Below, piece by piece: positions 41,983 to 52,052 of a stretch of DNA of 64,000 bases. The translations under genes were made by a program, and so were the position numbers. The DNA is from Bacteriovoracia bacterium. GTDB taxonomy: Bacteria > Bdellovibrionota > UBA1018 > JBFWNL01. The stretch's first letter is position 1. Each line of letters opens with the position of its first letter. The notes under the pieces were generated by a model. That model made no database searches. It was not told the origin of the DNA and worked only from the letters and a program-made list of their open reading frames with translations. The stretch spans positions 523,825-587,824 of the forward strand of contig JBFWNL010000001.1 in the NCBI GenBank assembly GCA_050251055.1, written 5' to 3'.

Positions 41983-42731
41983 ACGCGACATCCGAATCTA
42001 AACCCGTAGCCCTCATTACTGGCGCATCGCGTGGTATCGGTGCCGCCATTGCGGAGCGCCTCGCGCTGGACGGTTTTTTTGTGGTGCTCAACTACTCTTC
42101 CAATGAAGGCCGTGCGCGGGAAGTTCTCGATCGTATCACCGACCAAGGTGGGGCCGGACAGCTTTGCCGCTTCGACGTGGCCGACCCCGTCCAAGTCGAC
42201 GAAGCGATCGCGAAAATCGGCAAGGATATCGGCCCATTGGCCGTTCTCGTAAATAATGCCGGGATCACCGTCGACTCGCTCCTGATGCGTCTAAAGAATG
42301 AAGACCTGGATCGCACGTTAGGAATCGACCTAAAGGGAGCTATCTACTGCACTCGCGAAGCGTCCAAACAGATGATGAAGGCGCGGGCGGGTTCCATCAT
42401 TCAAATCAGCTCGGTCGTAGGCGAAATGGGCAACGCCGGCCAGGCCGCCTACGCGGCCGCGAAATCGGGCCTCATTGGATTCACCAAATCTGTGGCCAAG
42501 GAGCTTGCCAGCCGCGGTGTGCGAGCCAATGTGATTACGCCGGGTTATATCGCCACCGAGATGACAGAAGCCTTGACGGAAGCCCAAAAAGAAGCGATTC
42601 TGCGCAGCGTTCCGTCAGGCGCCATGGGTACCCCCGACGATATCGCTTCGGCGGTATCGTTTCTGGCCTCCTCCGAAAGCCGTTATATCACCGGCCAAGT
42701 CCTCGGAGTGAACGGCGGAATGTACATGTAG
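41979..42731 (+). CDS. fabG: 3-oxoacyl-ACP reductase
   Basis: TGASRGIG, NNAGIT, YAAAK, VNGGM. Confidence 0.96.
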   Translation: MNATSESKPVALITGASRGIGAAIAERLALDGFFVVLNYSSNEGRAREVLDRITDQGGAGQLCRFDVADPVQVDEAIAKIGKDIGPLAVLVNNAGITVDSLLMRLKNEDLDRTLGIDLKGAIYCTREASKQMMKARAGSIIQISSVVGEMGNAGQAAYAAAKSGLIGFTKSVAKELASRGVRANVITPGYIATEMTEALTEAQKEAILRSVPSGAMGTPDDIASAVSFLASSESRYITGQVLGVNGGMYM

Positions 42732-42749
42732 TTTTTTTAGGAGAAGAAA

Positions 42750-42998
42750 ATGGCAACCACCACTTTAGAAGATCGTGTCCGTAGCATCATTTGTGACCAG
42801 CTCGCCGTGGAAGCGGAAAAGGTAAAGGACGCCGCGTCCTTCATCGAAGATCTGGGCGCGGACAGCCTCGACATCGTCGAACTCGTCATGACCATGGAAG
42901 AAGAATTCGATCTCGATATCCCGGACGAAGACGCCGAGAAGATCAAGACCGTGGGCGATGTCGTGAAGTACATCTCCCAAAAGGCCAACGCTAGCTAA
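42750..42998 (+). CDS. acpP: Acyl carrier protein
   Basis: [14 protein letters not shown]. Confidence 0.97.
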   Translation: MATTTLEDRVRSIICDQLAVEAEKVKDAASFIEDLGADSLDIVELVMTMEEEFDLDIPDEDAEKIKTVGDVVKYISQKANAS

Positions 42999-43015
42999 GG
43001 CCAGCTCGTCGGCAC

Positions 43016-44347
43016 ATGCCCCCAGTCCAATACAACCGAAGGGTGGTCGTTACCGGAATCGGGGCGGTCTCTCCCTTAGGTAATAGTGCGCCCGAAACCT
43101 GGAAAAACGCGCTTGAAGGGCGCTCCGGGATCGGCTCGATCACTCTCTTTGACACCAAAGACTGCCCGGTGACGTTTGCCGGGGAAGTCAAAGGTTTCGA
43201 AGTCACGCGCGCGATCACGCCCATCCGGCCCCGTCCGCTCGATCCCGAGGCCGCGGAAATCACGCAAGCCGTGAACGCGAAGGACGCCAAAAAAATGGGG
43301 CGCTTCATTCATTTCGCGATGGGCGCCGGCGTGGAGGCTTACATCGATTCCGGGCTGGATAAGATCCGGGCGAAACTCGATCCTACCCGCCTAGGAATCA
43401 ACATCGGCGTAGGTATGGGCGGCCTGGGCGAAATCGCTGGCGTGCATGACGATCTCCGCGAAAAGGGTTACCGCCGCATCACCCCGTTCTTCATCCCGCA
43501 AGTCATCCCCAACCTGGCTTCCGGCAATCTCAGCATCCTACTCGACTTCCAAGGCCCCAACCTTTGCAACGTGACCGCTTGCTCGTCGAGCGCGCATAGC
43601 ATCGGGGAGAGCTACTATCAGATCCAACGCGGCGACGCCGACATCATGCTCGCGGGGGGCGCCGAAGCCGTCATCACCCAATTGGGCGTGGGCGGGTTCG
43701 CGGCCATGCGCGCGCTCTCGACCCGCAACGAAGATCCACAAAAAGCCTCGCGCCCCTTCGACACGGGCCGCGATGGTTTCGTCATGGGCGAAGGCGCGGC
43801 GGCGCTGATGCTCGAGGAATACGAACACGCGCGCGCCCGCGGCGCCAAGATCTACGGCGAAGTCGTGGGCTACGGGCTCTCGGGCGACGCCTATCACATG
43901 ACGTTACCCGCGCCCGAAGGAGCCGGAGGATACCGCGCGATGAAGATGGCGCTGGAACGCTCGGGCGTTCCGGCCGACCGCGTGGGCTACGTCAACGCGC
44001 ACGGCACCTCCACCCCGGCCGGAGATACCGAAGAGGCCGCCGCGATCAAAAAGCTTTTCCCCAACGGCGCGAAACATCTGCACGTGAGTTCCACCAAGTC
44101 CATGACGGGACATCTCTTGGGCGCCGCCGGCGCACTCGAAGCTCTGTTCAGCGTACTCGCCCTGCACGAAGGAAAAATCCCGCCGACCATCAACCTCGAA
44201 AACCTCGACCCGAAATGCGCGGCCACGGGACTGGATTTCACGGCAAATCGCGCGGTCACGAAAACCTTTGATTACGCCATCTCCAATAGCTTCGGCTTCG
44301 GCGGCACCAACGCCAGCGTCATGCTGGGACGCGTGGGGGCAAAGTGA
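43016..44347 (+). CDS. fabF: 3-oxoacyl-ACP synthase II
   Basis: TACSS, NAHGTST, GHLLGAAG, NSFGFGG. Confidence 0.96.
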   Translation: MPPVQYNRRVVVTGIGAVSPLGNSAPETWKNALEGRSGIGSITLFDTKDCPVTFAGEVKGFEVTRAITPIRPRPLDPEAAEITQAVNAKDAKKMGRFIHFAMGAGVEAYIDSGLDKIRAKLDPTRLGINIGVGMGGLGEIAGVHDDLREKGYRRITPFFIPQVIPNLASGNLSILLDFQGPNLCNVTACSSSAHSIGESYYQIQRGDADIMLAGGAEAVITQLGVGGFAAMRALSTRNEDPQKASRPFDTGRDGFVMGEGAAALMLEEYEHARARGAKIYGEVVGYGLSGDAYHMTLPAPEGAGGYRAMKMALERSGVPADRVGYVNAHGTSTPAGDTEEAAAIKKLFPNGAKHLHVSSTKSMTGHLLGAAGALEALFSVLALHEGKIPPTINLENLDPKCAATGLDFTANRAVTKTFDYAISNSFGFGGTNASVMLGRVGAK

Positions 44348-44787
44348 GTCAACGCGTTCTCATCGCCTCCGATCACGCCGGATTCCCGCTCAAGACCGCG
44401 CTTCAGGAGATCCTCAAGGACATCGAGTGGGACGATCTAGGTCCTTCCAACACTTCGCGCGTCGACTATCCTGATTACGCCGCCGTGCTCGCGCGCAAGA
44501 TCTCCGAAGGCGCCGCCGATCTGGGCATCCTCATTTGCGGCACCGGCATCGGCATGTCGATCGCCGCCAACAAGTTCAAGGGCGTGCGCGCCGCCGTGGT
44601 GGAGAACCCGACCTCGGCGCGCCTAGCCCGCGACCACAACCACGCCAACATCCTGTGTCTTGGCGCACGCATGCTCGGAAACGAGTACGCCGCGGAAATC
44701 ACCCGCAAGTTCCTGGATACCTCTCCGTCCGCGGATCCGAGACATCGGGGCCGCGTCCAGAAAATCGGCAACCTAGAGAACCAGTAG
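44344..44787 (+). CDS. rpiB: Ribose-5-phosphate isomerase B
   Basis: SDHAG, DYPD, CGTGIG, HNHAN. Confidence 0.95.
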   Translation: MSQRVLIASDHAGFPLKTALQEILKDIEWDDLGPSNTSRVDYPDYAAVLARKISEGAADLGILICGTGIGMSIAANKFKGVRAAVVENPTSARLARDHNHANILCLGARMLGNEYAAEITRKFLDTSPSADPRHRGRVQKIGNLENQ

Positions 44788-45044
44788 GGCCGCGCCCGCG
44801 CCGGTAACTTCCGCCTCCGCTTCCAGTATTGCTCGGATAGGCACCTACCCAGCCCCTACCGCCTGACGGTAGTGAGCCACCCTCACGTATCCGTCAAAGT
44901 GGTCTTCCACAAAACGGTTTTCTCCGAGCTTCAGTAAACGATATTTGCCTGTTTTTATTGAATTTTTATCGATATAACGCGATGCGATGTTTATTTGACT
45001 AATAGCGTCATAGGTGATTTATCGCTCTCACGGAGAGAGAGCCG

Positions 45045-47171
45045 ATGAAAAACACGCCCCGTTACGCAGTATCCCCTGGAATCCCATTTTTTCTGAGTAT
45101 CTTGCTAGCAGGGTCGACCGGCGCTTCCGCGCACGCGCAAGAAGTGACGCAAATGGTCCTCGTGGACCAGCCGGGTAAACCCTTCCTCATCGATATTTTT
45201 GAAACCACGGAGGAAGAATTCGCGGCCGTGTTGCCCGCCCATAGCAAAGGCGGCTCCGGCGGTGGAAAACCGGCTCGCATCACGAACGGTCAAACCGCAA
45301 AAGATTACTGTGAAGCCAAAGGAAAGCGCCTCCCCACCGAAGCCGAATGGATGCTTGCCGCTTCGAACTTAGGCCAGAACAAGAAATACTCGCTGCGCGG
45401 CGATGCTCTCTATGACGAAAAAGGCAAGCTATTGGCGAATCTGACCGATAGCCGTGTCTACAAAAACAGCGAAGCGGTTTGGAATTTTCAAACCGTCGGA
45501 ATCGACGCGATCGGAACCGTCGGCATGACGGGCAATCGTCCCGAGTGGGTGATCGGAGAAAAGGGAACTTCGCGTTGCGGACTCTCTTACTATGCGAGTC
45601 CAAACAACGCGGAGCTGGAGAAACTTTGCAAACCGTCATCCGACACTGAACGCGACGGCACCGCCCGCTGCGTCTTGGATTATACCGATGGCATCCTCGT
45701 GCAAATGGGCGAACGCGTGACGGGGGAACTCAGGACCTACGTGGAAAGCCTATTTGATCCCGCCCATGGCTGGTCCGTGAGACCTAACCTGGTTTTTGCT
45801 CCGCTACCTCCAATTAAACCGGCGTCCTCGGGCGGTTCCGGCTATTCGAGTGGCTCCACCTATTCCGGTGGCACCAACTATTCCGGCGGTTCTAGCTATT
45901 CTTCCAACGCCGACGTGCCGGACGTGCAGATCCTCACCCCGCGGCAGCGCAAGCTTGAATTTGAGCTCGCCTCCACTCCCTCCGACGGCATGGTGAAGCT
46001 TTCTCTGGTATTCACGGAAAGCAAAGGACGGATGGGCCACGAAATAGACCTTGGCGAAATGAAAGTCAGCCGAGGTAAGCAGGTTTTCCGGGTGGACCTA
46101 GAGCTCATCCAAAAAATCGAAGTAGACCATCCCCGTCAGCGTGCCTGGCTGAAGGCGGAGAGCGGAGGCCGGGAGCTGAAGTTTTCGGGGAGCGGCGTTC
46201 CCGTGTTCACCAGTGGCGAAAAATTCGATTATGGATGTGACAATCCGGTGCTGATCTCGGACATGCATAACACCCTCGATAAGGGCGACGCCTGTACGAA
46301 GCAATATTTCGATGAGTTTATCGGTCTCAACAACCTCACGGTGTTCTTGGTCTCCACGACCGGCTTCTCGGCTTACCGCGATCTGCGCGCCGTGGGCTTC
46401 AAGCACGAAAAGAATATTCTTCCCCTCGACAACGTCGGCGGGACGGGAGGGAGCGAAAAGGCCCGCCGCGTGAAAGACGCGCTGTTCTCCACCGGCGCTT
46501 GCATCATCGGATTCGCCGGAGAAACCCCGGAAAAGGAAGGCCTAGCTGCGCAAACCCTCGACATCCCCTATCTGGGCGTGAACCAAAGCCTACGCCAGGG
46601 ACGGAAGATTCGCGACGAGCGCGTGGAAACCTACCTCTGTGAACGCAATCGCCCCCAGGAAGACGACTATGTGCAGCGCGGGCCCACCTGCGAAGAACCG
46701 TTCGAATCGCAGGAGTGGCGCCTGATCGAGTGCGAAGCCGACTTTTACAGTAGCGGCATTCTCGGGATTGGCGGCGGTACGAAAGTGCGTACCGAGACCC
46801 TGCAGATCCGTCCCGAAATCAAGGGCTCGGAAAACAAGATTTGCGAAACTTACGCGTTTCGCCGCAACGGGGTCACCGACTCGGAGGCAAAAAAAATCCG
46901 GCGCTCTGCTAAACCGGTCGAAAAAGCCCGTTACTGTTCCACGAAGGCGCCCCGCAGCTATGTTCGCAAAGATAAAGATGAGGCCTGTAAGGTCGGCTAT
47001 AACATCCGCGACAAGGTGGACTGGGTGCCCGTTTACGGCGAACCAGAGCCCGCCTACGACGTGAACAAATATCCCGCCGGCAGCGTGTCGACGAAAAACT
47101 GGTGTGAGCTAGTCGACATCTTGGTTGAGCGTCACAAGCTCAAGGGGCCCTCAAGCCGTCCGCGCCCTTAA
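45045..47171 (+). CDS. Exported multidomain protein: FGE/sulfatase-modifying-factor-like domain plus a degenerate HAD-like region
   Basis: Signal peptide (AHA-Q); PFLID..E.T, A..YC...GKRLPTEAEW, GMTGN..EW; later ISDMHNTL and GFAGE. Confidence 0.7.
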   Translation: MKNTPRYAVSPGIPFFLSILLAGSTGASAHAQEVTQMVLVDQPGKPFLIDIFETTEEEFAAVLPAHSKGGSGGGKPARITNGQTAKDYCEAKGKRLPTEAEWMLAASNLGQNKKYSLRGDALYDEKGKLLANLTDSRVYKNSEAVWNFQTVGIDAIGTVGMTGNRPEWVIGEKGTSRCGLSYYASPNNAELEKLCKPSSDTERDGTARCVLDYTDGILVQMGERVTGELRTYVESLFDPAHGWSVRPNLVFAPLPPIKPASSGGSGYSSGSTYSGGTNYSGGSSYSSNADVPDVQILTPRQRKLEFELASTPSDGMVKLSLVFTESKGRMGHEIDLGEMKVSRGKQVFRVDLELIQKIEVDHPRQRAWLKAESGGRELKFSGSGVPVFTSGEKFDYGCDNPVLISDMHNTLDKGDACTKQYFDEFIGLNNLTVFLVSTTGFSAYRDLRAVGFKHEKNILPLDNVGGTGGSEKARRVKDALFSTGACIIGFAGETPEKEGLAAQTLDIPYLGVNQSLRQGRKIRDERVETYLCERNRPQEDDYVQRGPTCEEPFESQEWRLIECEADFYSSGILGIGGGTKVRTETLQIRPEIKGSENKICETYAFRRNGVTDSEAKKIRRSAKPVEKARYCSTKAPRSYVRKDKDEACKVGYNIRDKVDWVPVYGEPEPAYDVNKYPAGSVSTKNWCELVDILVERHKLKGPSSRPRP
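45840..45905 (+). repeat. 18-bp coding tandem repeat (xYSGGx linker)
   Basis: GYSSGS-TYSGGT-NYSGGS-SYSS. Confidence 0.75.
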
Positions 47172-47231
47172 AGACCTTCCCTGAAGGTTCAGGGTCGCGT
47201 ATGTTGGGACCTTATAAGGAGAACCCCGCAT

Positions 47232-48491
47232 ATGCGCAGCTTCCTGAACCCTTTGGCCAAGGCCGATCCTGCCGTCCACGCCAGCGTGACCCGCGAACTG
47301 ACGCGCCAGGAGGACGGCCTGGAGATGATCGCTTCGGAAAACTACGTCTCCACGGCCGTCATGGAAGCCCAGGGTAGCTGCCTCACGAACAAGTACGCTG
47401 AAGGATATCCGAATAAACGGTACTACGGTGGCTGTGAATACGTGGACGAGGTGGAGAAACTTGCGATCGAGCGCGTATGCAAGCTATTTGGCGCCGTCGC
47501 CGCCAACGTACAACCCCACTCTGGATCCCAGGCCAACATGGCCGCATACTTGGCGCTCATCAACCCGGGCGATAAGATCCTCGGCATGAGCCTTTCCCAC
47601 GGGGGACACCTCACCCATGGCAGCCCCGTGAACTTCAGCGGCAAGCTGTTTAATGTCGTGAGCTACGGACTGAACCCCGCGACCGATCGCCTGGACTACG
47701 ATCTGATCCGTGATCTGGCGAAAAAAGAACGCCCGAAGGTCGTCGTGGCCGGCGCGAGCGCGTACGCGCGCGTGATTGACTTTGAAACTATGGGCGCGAT
47801 CGCCCGTGAAGTCGAAGCGGCGCTCGTCGTCGACATGGCTCACATCGCGGGACTGGTCGCGGCGGGATTGCACCCGTCCCCCATCCCCCACGCCGTCTAT
47901 ACGACGAGCACCACGCACAAGACACTGCGCGGCCCGCGCGGGGGGTTGATCCTCTCGGATGCCGAGAATATCAAGAAGGTAAACTCACTCATTTTCCCGG
48001 GCATCCAGGGCGGCCCGCTCATGCACGTGATTGCGGCCAAGGCCGTTTCGTTCGGAGAAGCGCTCGCGCCGGGATTTGTCGAATATCAAAAATCGGTCGT
48101 GGAAAATGCCCGCACCCTGGCCGAAGCGCTCCTGGCCAGGGGCTTTAAGCTCGTCACGGGGGGTACCGACAATCATCTGATGCTGGTGGACCTGACGACC
48201 TTCGGTGATGGTTCCATTTCCGGCAAAGACGCCGAGAACTGGCTCGATCAGGCCCATATCACCGTGAATAAGAACACCGTCCCCAATGAAAAGCGCAGCC
48301 CGTTCGTAACGAGCGGGATTCGCATCGGTACGCCGGCGCTTTCCACGCGCGGTATGCGCACCGCTGAAATGAAAATCATCGGGGGTTGGATCGCGGAAGT
48401 CATCGCCGCCAAGGGGAACGAAGCCACGATCACGAAAGTCCGCGGCGCGGTGAAAGAGCTGTGCGGGAAATTCCCGCTCTACGCGAAGTAA
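47232..48491 (+). CDS. glyA: Serine hydroxymethyltransferase
   Basis: [33 protein letters not shown]. Confidence 0.98.
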   Translation: MRSFLNPLAKADPAVHASVTRELTRQEDGLEMIASENYVSTAVMEAQGSCLTNKYAEGYPNKRYYGGCEYVDEVEKLAIERVCKLFGAVAANVQPHSGSQANMAAYLALINPGDKILGMSLSHGGHLTHGSPVNFSGKLFNVVSYGLNPATDRLDYDLIRDLAKKERPKVVVAGASAYARVIDFETMGAIAREVEAALVVDMAHIAGLVAAGLHPSPIPHAVYTTSTTHKTLRGPRGGLILSDAENIKKVNSLIFPGIQGGPLMHVIAAKAVSFGEALAPGFVEYQKSVVENARTLAEALLARGFKLVTGGTDNHLMLVDLTTFGDGSISGKDAENWLDQAHITVNKNTVPNEKRSPFVTSGIRIGTPALSTRGMRTAEMKIIGGWIAEVIAAKGNEATITKVRGAVKELCGKFPLYAK

Positions 48492-48518
48492 AAACGCGCC
48501 ACCGCCGCGGCGGCTTGC

Positions 48519-50144
48519 TCAGCGGCTATTACTCAGCTTATTGAAAGGCGTGACCCACGCCTGTTCGGAGAACTCCGCGCGCGTGATCTTTTCATACTTG
48601 CGCGAAACGATTTGGAACAAGTTGGCCTGGGGAGAATCGACGATCCCGTCCGCGTTCGCCGCCAGGTTATCGAGGGCGAAGGAAGCCGGCGCTCGCGCGC
48701 CCATCGTGGCCGCGACGCCGTTTGGGCTGGAAGCCACCCTTTCCGCGGCGGCAGCGGACGATACATTTCCGACGGTGGGCTGCCCAGCGGAAGCGAGCAG
48801 AGTCCCGGAGCCCAGCGCCTGAAAAACGTCACTGATAGCGGTATCGATGATGGATCGAATGCTGCCTTCGAGCTGTGGTTGAGTTTTTGCGATCATCGCC
48901 GCGATCTGCCCGGGCTCGAGCGGACGATCGGGGTTCATGAAAACATCGGCATCGGCGCCGAACTCCTGCTGGACGGCGCTAAAGATCGTATTCGCCCGGC
49001 CATTCCCAAAAACATTCCGCATCGCGGGATCATGCGCCATCGCGCAATCCATTCGCTCAAACGAAGTCTTGAGCGAACCTACGCAAGGATCAACCGAGGC
49101 CGCCGCTTGTGCTTCACTCACGAATAAGTTCCATCCGAAGACCGCGAACCATTGCCCCAGCTCCGCCGGATCGATCTCTAGAAGCGCCGTATTCAATGCG
49201 TCGGCCTTGCGCTGGTTTTCCTTCTGATTCTTGTCCGCGTTGTTTCGGCCCACGACCTTCAGGGCGACCAGCCCCACGGAAACCGCGGCCGTCACGCAAG
49301 AACCGATCCCTTTGGCGTTCGCCGCCTCGACGGCGTTAGAGGCCGCGTTTTTCTCCATCATTCCCTTTAAGATGAAAAATCCGCCCGGCGCCGCGCCCGC
49401 CAACGAATACAGGCTGTTGCCGACCTTACCGGTGATCATGGTACTAAGGCCAATGTCGGCCGCCGCCGCGGCCACGCCGCCATATACGCAAACATTCCCG
49501 AGGGTCGTGACCCGCTTCGCGGTGGCTTGTAGCTTCGTTGCCGCCGCGTAGGCAGCTGCGGCGGATTGCTTCACCTTGGCGGCGATTCCGGCGCAGGCTT
49601 GAAATCCGGGCTTGGCGGCATGCGCGGCCGTTTCGGCGGCCACCGCTTCACCTTTGCTGCCCATCAGGTGCAAGTCGACGGCGGCCCCTTCATCCGGACC
49701 GGCGTCCTTCGATACCCCAGACGCCATCGCGGCCTCGGGCGCCGCCGCTTGCGTGGCCGAGGCGACGCCGGCTTCTTTTTCGGCACGTAGGAGGTTACTC
49801 AAGAATTTCGGATAAATGGCTTCCACCAAGGGAGCGGCTGCGACCGCGCCACAGCCTAACGCGGCTTTCGTATCGGTCACCAGCTGCGTCCCCGCCGCTT
49901 TCGCCGCCGCGCGATCCGCTCGGAGATCCATCAAGTACTGCATGCAATTCACGCCACAGATTCCCGCCATCGCGCCCCAGATCCCAATGCCGATAGTCTC
50001 GGCGGTCTTGGCCTTTTTGGCGGCATCCGCGCCATCCTGATAGCTCTGCCTTTGGGAATCCGCGCGCCCCGGGATTGGACACAGCAGCAAAATCGCTGCG
50101 AGCGCACCCATCGTAAAGCCTGATTTTTTGGGACAATTCTGCAT
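48519..50144 (-). CDS. Exported Ala/Gly-rich hypothetical protein
   Basis: Start MQNCPKK with SD GAGGGG; signal peptide; several G/A-rich hydrophobic helices; C-terminal NLFQIVSRKY. Confidence 0.75.
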   Translation of the reverse strand: MQNCPKKSGFTMGALAAILLLCPIPGRADSQRQSYQDGADAAKKAKTAETIGIGIWGAMAGICGVNCMQYLMDLRADRAAAKAAGTQLVTDTKAALGCGAVAAAPLVEAIYPKFLSNLLRAEKEAGVASATQAAAPEAAMASGVSKDAGPDEGAAVDLHLMGSKGEAVAAETAAHAAKPGFQACAGIAAKVKQSAAAAYAAATKLQATAKRVTTLGNVCVYGGVAAAAADIGLSTMITGKVGNSLYSLAGAAPGGFFILKGMMEKNAASNAVEAANAKGIGSCVTAAVSVGLVALKVVGRNNADKNQKENQRKADALNTALLEIDPAELGQWFAVFGWNLFVSEAQAAASVDPCVGSLKTSFERMDCAMAHDPAMRNVFGNGRANTIFSAVQQEFGADADVFMNPDRPLEPGQIAAMIAKTQPQLEGSIRSIIDTAISDVFQALGSGTLLASAGQPTVGNVSSAAAAERVASSPNGVAATMGARAPASFALDNLAANADGIVDSPQANLFQIVSRKYEKITRAEFSEQAWVTPFNKLSNSR

Positions 50145-50266
50145 GGCGGATCCCCTCTGTCCTAAATAATTATACCCTAGTCCCCCGGAAATCTGACGCA
50201 AGAGTCGCATTTATGTATTCTCTGTGTTCTCAAACGATCTCAGGAGTGTCCGGCATGCCCCAGGAT

Positions 50267-50391
50267 GGATCGGTGGGGCAAAACAGGGCTATTGGGGGCA
50301 AGAGCAGTACCCCACCGATCCTCACGTGGCTGTCCCTTTCCTCCGAGATGGTTTCCGAAAAATCCGGAGGGGGAAGCAGTTCCCTCTCCGG
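50267..50391. repeat. Two strong intergenic hairpins
   Basis: GGATCGGTGGGG/CCCCACCGATCC (50267-50321, perfect 12 bp); CCGGAGGGGGAA/TTCCCTCTCCGG (50364-50391). Confidence 0.75.
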
Positions 50392-50505
50392 CAAATCTCT
50401 GTAATATCAATCACTAAAACACTTGAGCCCCACCTGTAGTAGGCTTGCCAAGCGGGTGCCCATCCGGTAGAAGCCCGTAACCTACATCGTGGGAGGAGTG
50501 CGGAA

Positions 50506-51027
50506 GTGAAGTGCCCTTTTTGCTCGGCAGTTGAAACCAAGGTCATCGATTCCCGGCTGAATCAGACCAACGACATCACGCGCCGACGCCGTGAATGCAT
50601 CCACTGCGAAGGCCGCTTCACCACTTACGAACGCGTCGAAGAAGTCATGCCCGTCATCATCAAAAAAGACGGACGCCGTGAAGTCTACAACCGCGACAAG
50701 ATCCATGGCGGCGTCTACAAGGCCTGCCAGAAACGTCCCGTCGGCGCGCAGCAGATCGACGGCATCGTCCAAAGCATCGAGAAAAAGCTACAGAGCTTCG
50801 GCGCCAAGGAAATCCCCAGTAAGACTATCGGCCAAATGGTGATGGCGGCACTTCACTCCCTCGACAAGGTGGCGTACGTGCGCTTTGCTTCCGTTTACCG
50901 TGAATTCCAAGACGTCGAGGAATTCGTCGCCGAACTCCAAGAACTTCCCAACGAGCCGGTCGATCCGGCAAGCTTGGCCTTCCCTTTCGTGGGCCAAGGA
51001 GAAAACAACCCGACTGCAACATCATGA
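50506..51027 (+). CDS. nrdR: Transcriptional repressor NrdR
   Basis: KCPFC...DSR...RRRREC..C..RFTTYE; VAYVRFASVYREF. Confidence 0.97.
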   Translation: MKCPFCSAVETKVIDSRLNQTNDITRRRRECIHCEGRFTTYERVEEVMPVIIKKDGRREVYNRDKIHGGVYKACQKRPVGAQQIDGIVQSIEKKLQSFGAKEIPSKTIGQMVMAALHSLDKVAYVRFASVYREFQDVEEFVAELQELPNEPVDPASLAFPFVGQGENNPTATS

Positions 51028-51479
51028 GCACACCCTACTCTCCCCGTCACCGCGGCCGCGAGGTCGCTTTTCAGTTTTTGTATCGCCTGGACCTGCTGAA
51101 CGGAAAACGCGGCGGCGCGGACGCCATCCCGCCGGGCTGGTCGGCGGAGCGCGCGCAGGAGCTGCGTACGCACATTGCGCACTTCGAAGTCCCCGCCGAC
51201 GTGGCCGAGTTCTCAAACCAGCTCGTGCAAGCCACGCTGACTCGGCTACCAGAGCTCGACGCTGCCATCGAAGGTGCCGGTTCGAGTTGGAAAGTCGCCC
51301 GCATGGCACTCGTGGACCGCAATCTCTTGCGCCTGGCTCTCGCCGAGACCTCCCTGGACACACCGGTAGCGGTCGTGATCAACGAGGCGGTGGAGCTCGC
51401 TAAGCAGTTCGGTACCGAAGAAACCCCTGGGTTCGTCAACGGGGTGCTCGATAAGCTCGTTAAGAGCAAGAGCGCGTAA
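51024..51479 (+). CDS. nusB: Transcription antitermination factor NusB
   Basis: RE.AFQ.LY, DRNLLRLA, VINEAVELAK.FG, FVNGVLD. Confidence 0.95.
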   Translation: MSTPYSPRHRGREVAFQFLYRLDLLNGKRGGADAIPPGWSAERAQELRTHIAHFEVPADVAEFSNQLVQATLTRLPELDAAIEGAGSSWKVARMALVDRNLLRLALAETSLDTPVAVVINEAVELAKQFGTEETPGFVNGVLDKLVKSKSA

Positions 51480-51632
51480 ACCCGCTCCCAACCGTCATTT
51501 TCCCGACGGATACACTCGCGAGCCGTAGCTGGGGCTCGGCAGTTTCGACGCAGGCTGGCACACGCTAGACTCTTTCGCCCGGGAAAGCTAGAATTTGAAA
51601 AGGGCAACTACGGGAAACGGGGAAAAGCCGCC

Positions 51633-52052
51633 TTGAATCAAGATCAGTATCAGCCGCTGGATTTGGACCACTCGATCAAGAGCATCGTCGCGCTCTGTTA
51701 CATGAACGAACGTCCGCTCCAAGGATTGGCGGGCCACCTCGACTGGCGCTTCCACGGCGCCATTTCCTACTTCCTCCGACAAGGCGCCCTCACCGGCCGG
51801 GAAGGCGAATGCGTCTACATCCCCGTACGCAAGCACGAGCGCGTTTTTCACCTGCTCATGGTCGGAGCAGGCATGGCGGTTCACCCCGGCGCGCGCGACG
51901 AAGCGCCCGAAGAAGTTTTCGAATCCTTGCGCAAGAATTTGCCGGCCCTCAAGCTTCCCCAAGTCGGCGTCTCTGCCGCCGATTTCGGCGGCCTTTCCGC
52001 CGCGGAACTCGAAAAGAAACTCAAAGGAGCGGAACTTTGTCTGCTCCCCTAA
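51633..52052 (+). CDS. Standalone M17 leucyl-aminopeptidase N-terminal-like (macro-like) domain protein
   Basis: ERPLQGLAG.LDWR..G.IS...G...G..GE motif. Confidence 0.65.
   Translation: MNQDQYQPLDLDHSIKSIVALCYMNERPLQGLAGHLDWRFHGAISYFLRQGALTGREGECVYIPVRKHERVFHLLMVGAGMAVHPGARDEAPEEVFESLRKNLPALKLPQVGVSAADFGGLSAAELEKKLKGAELCLLP

Noticed and set aside
45045-47171. FGE-domain protein as a diversity-generating retroelement target
   Set aside because: No reverse transcriptase or TR/VR repeat pair in the window, and the domain is N-terminal
50363-50380. TCCGGAGGGGGAAGCAG resembling the SRP RNA domain IV motif
   Set aside because: It lacks the upstream CAGG and the GNRA loop geometry, and it folds as a simple hairpin
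51556-51570. TGGCACACGCTAGAC as a sigma54 promoter
   Set aside because: The -24 box is good but there is no GC at -12
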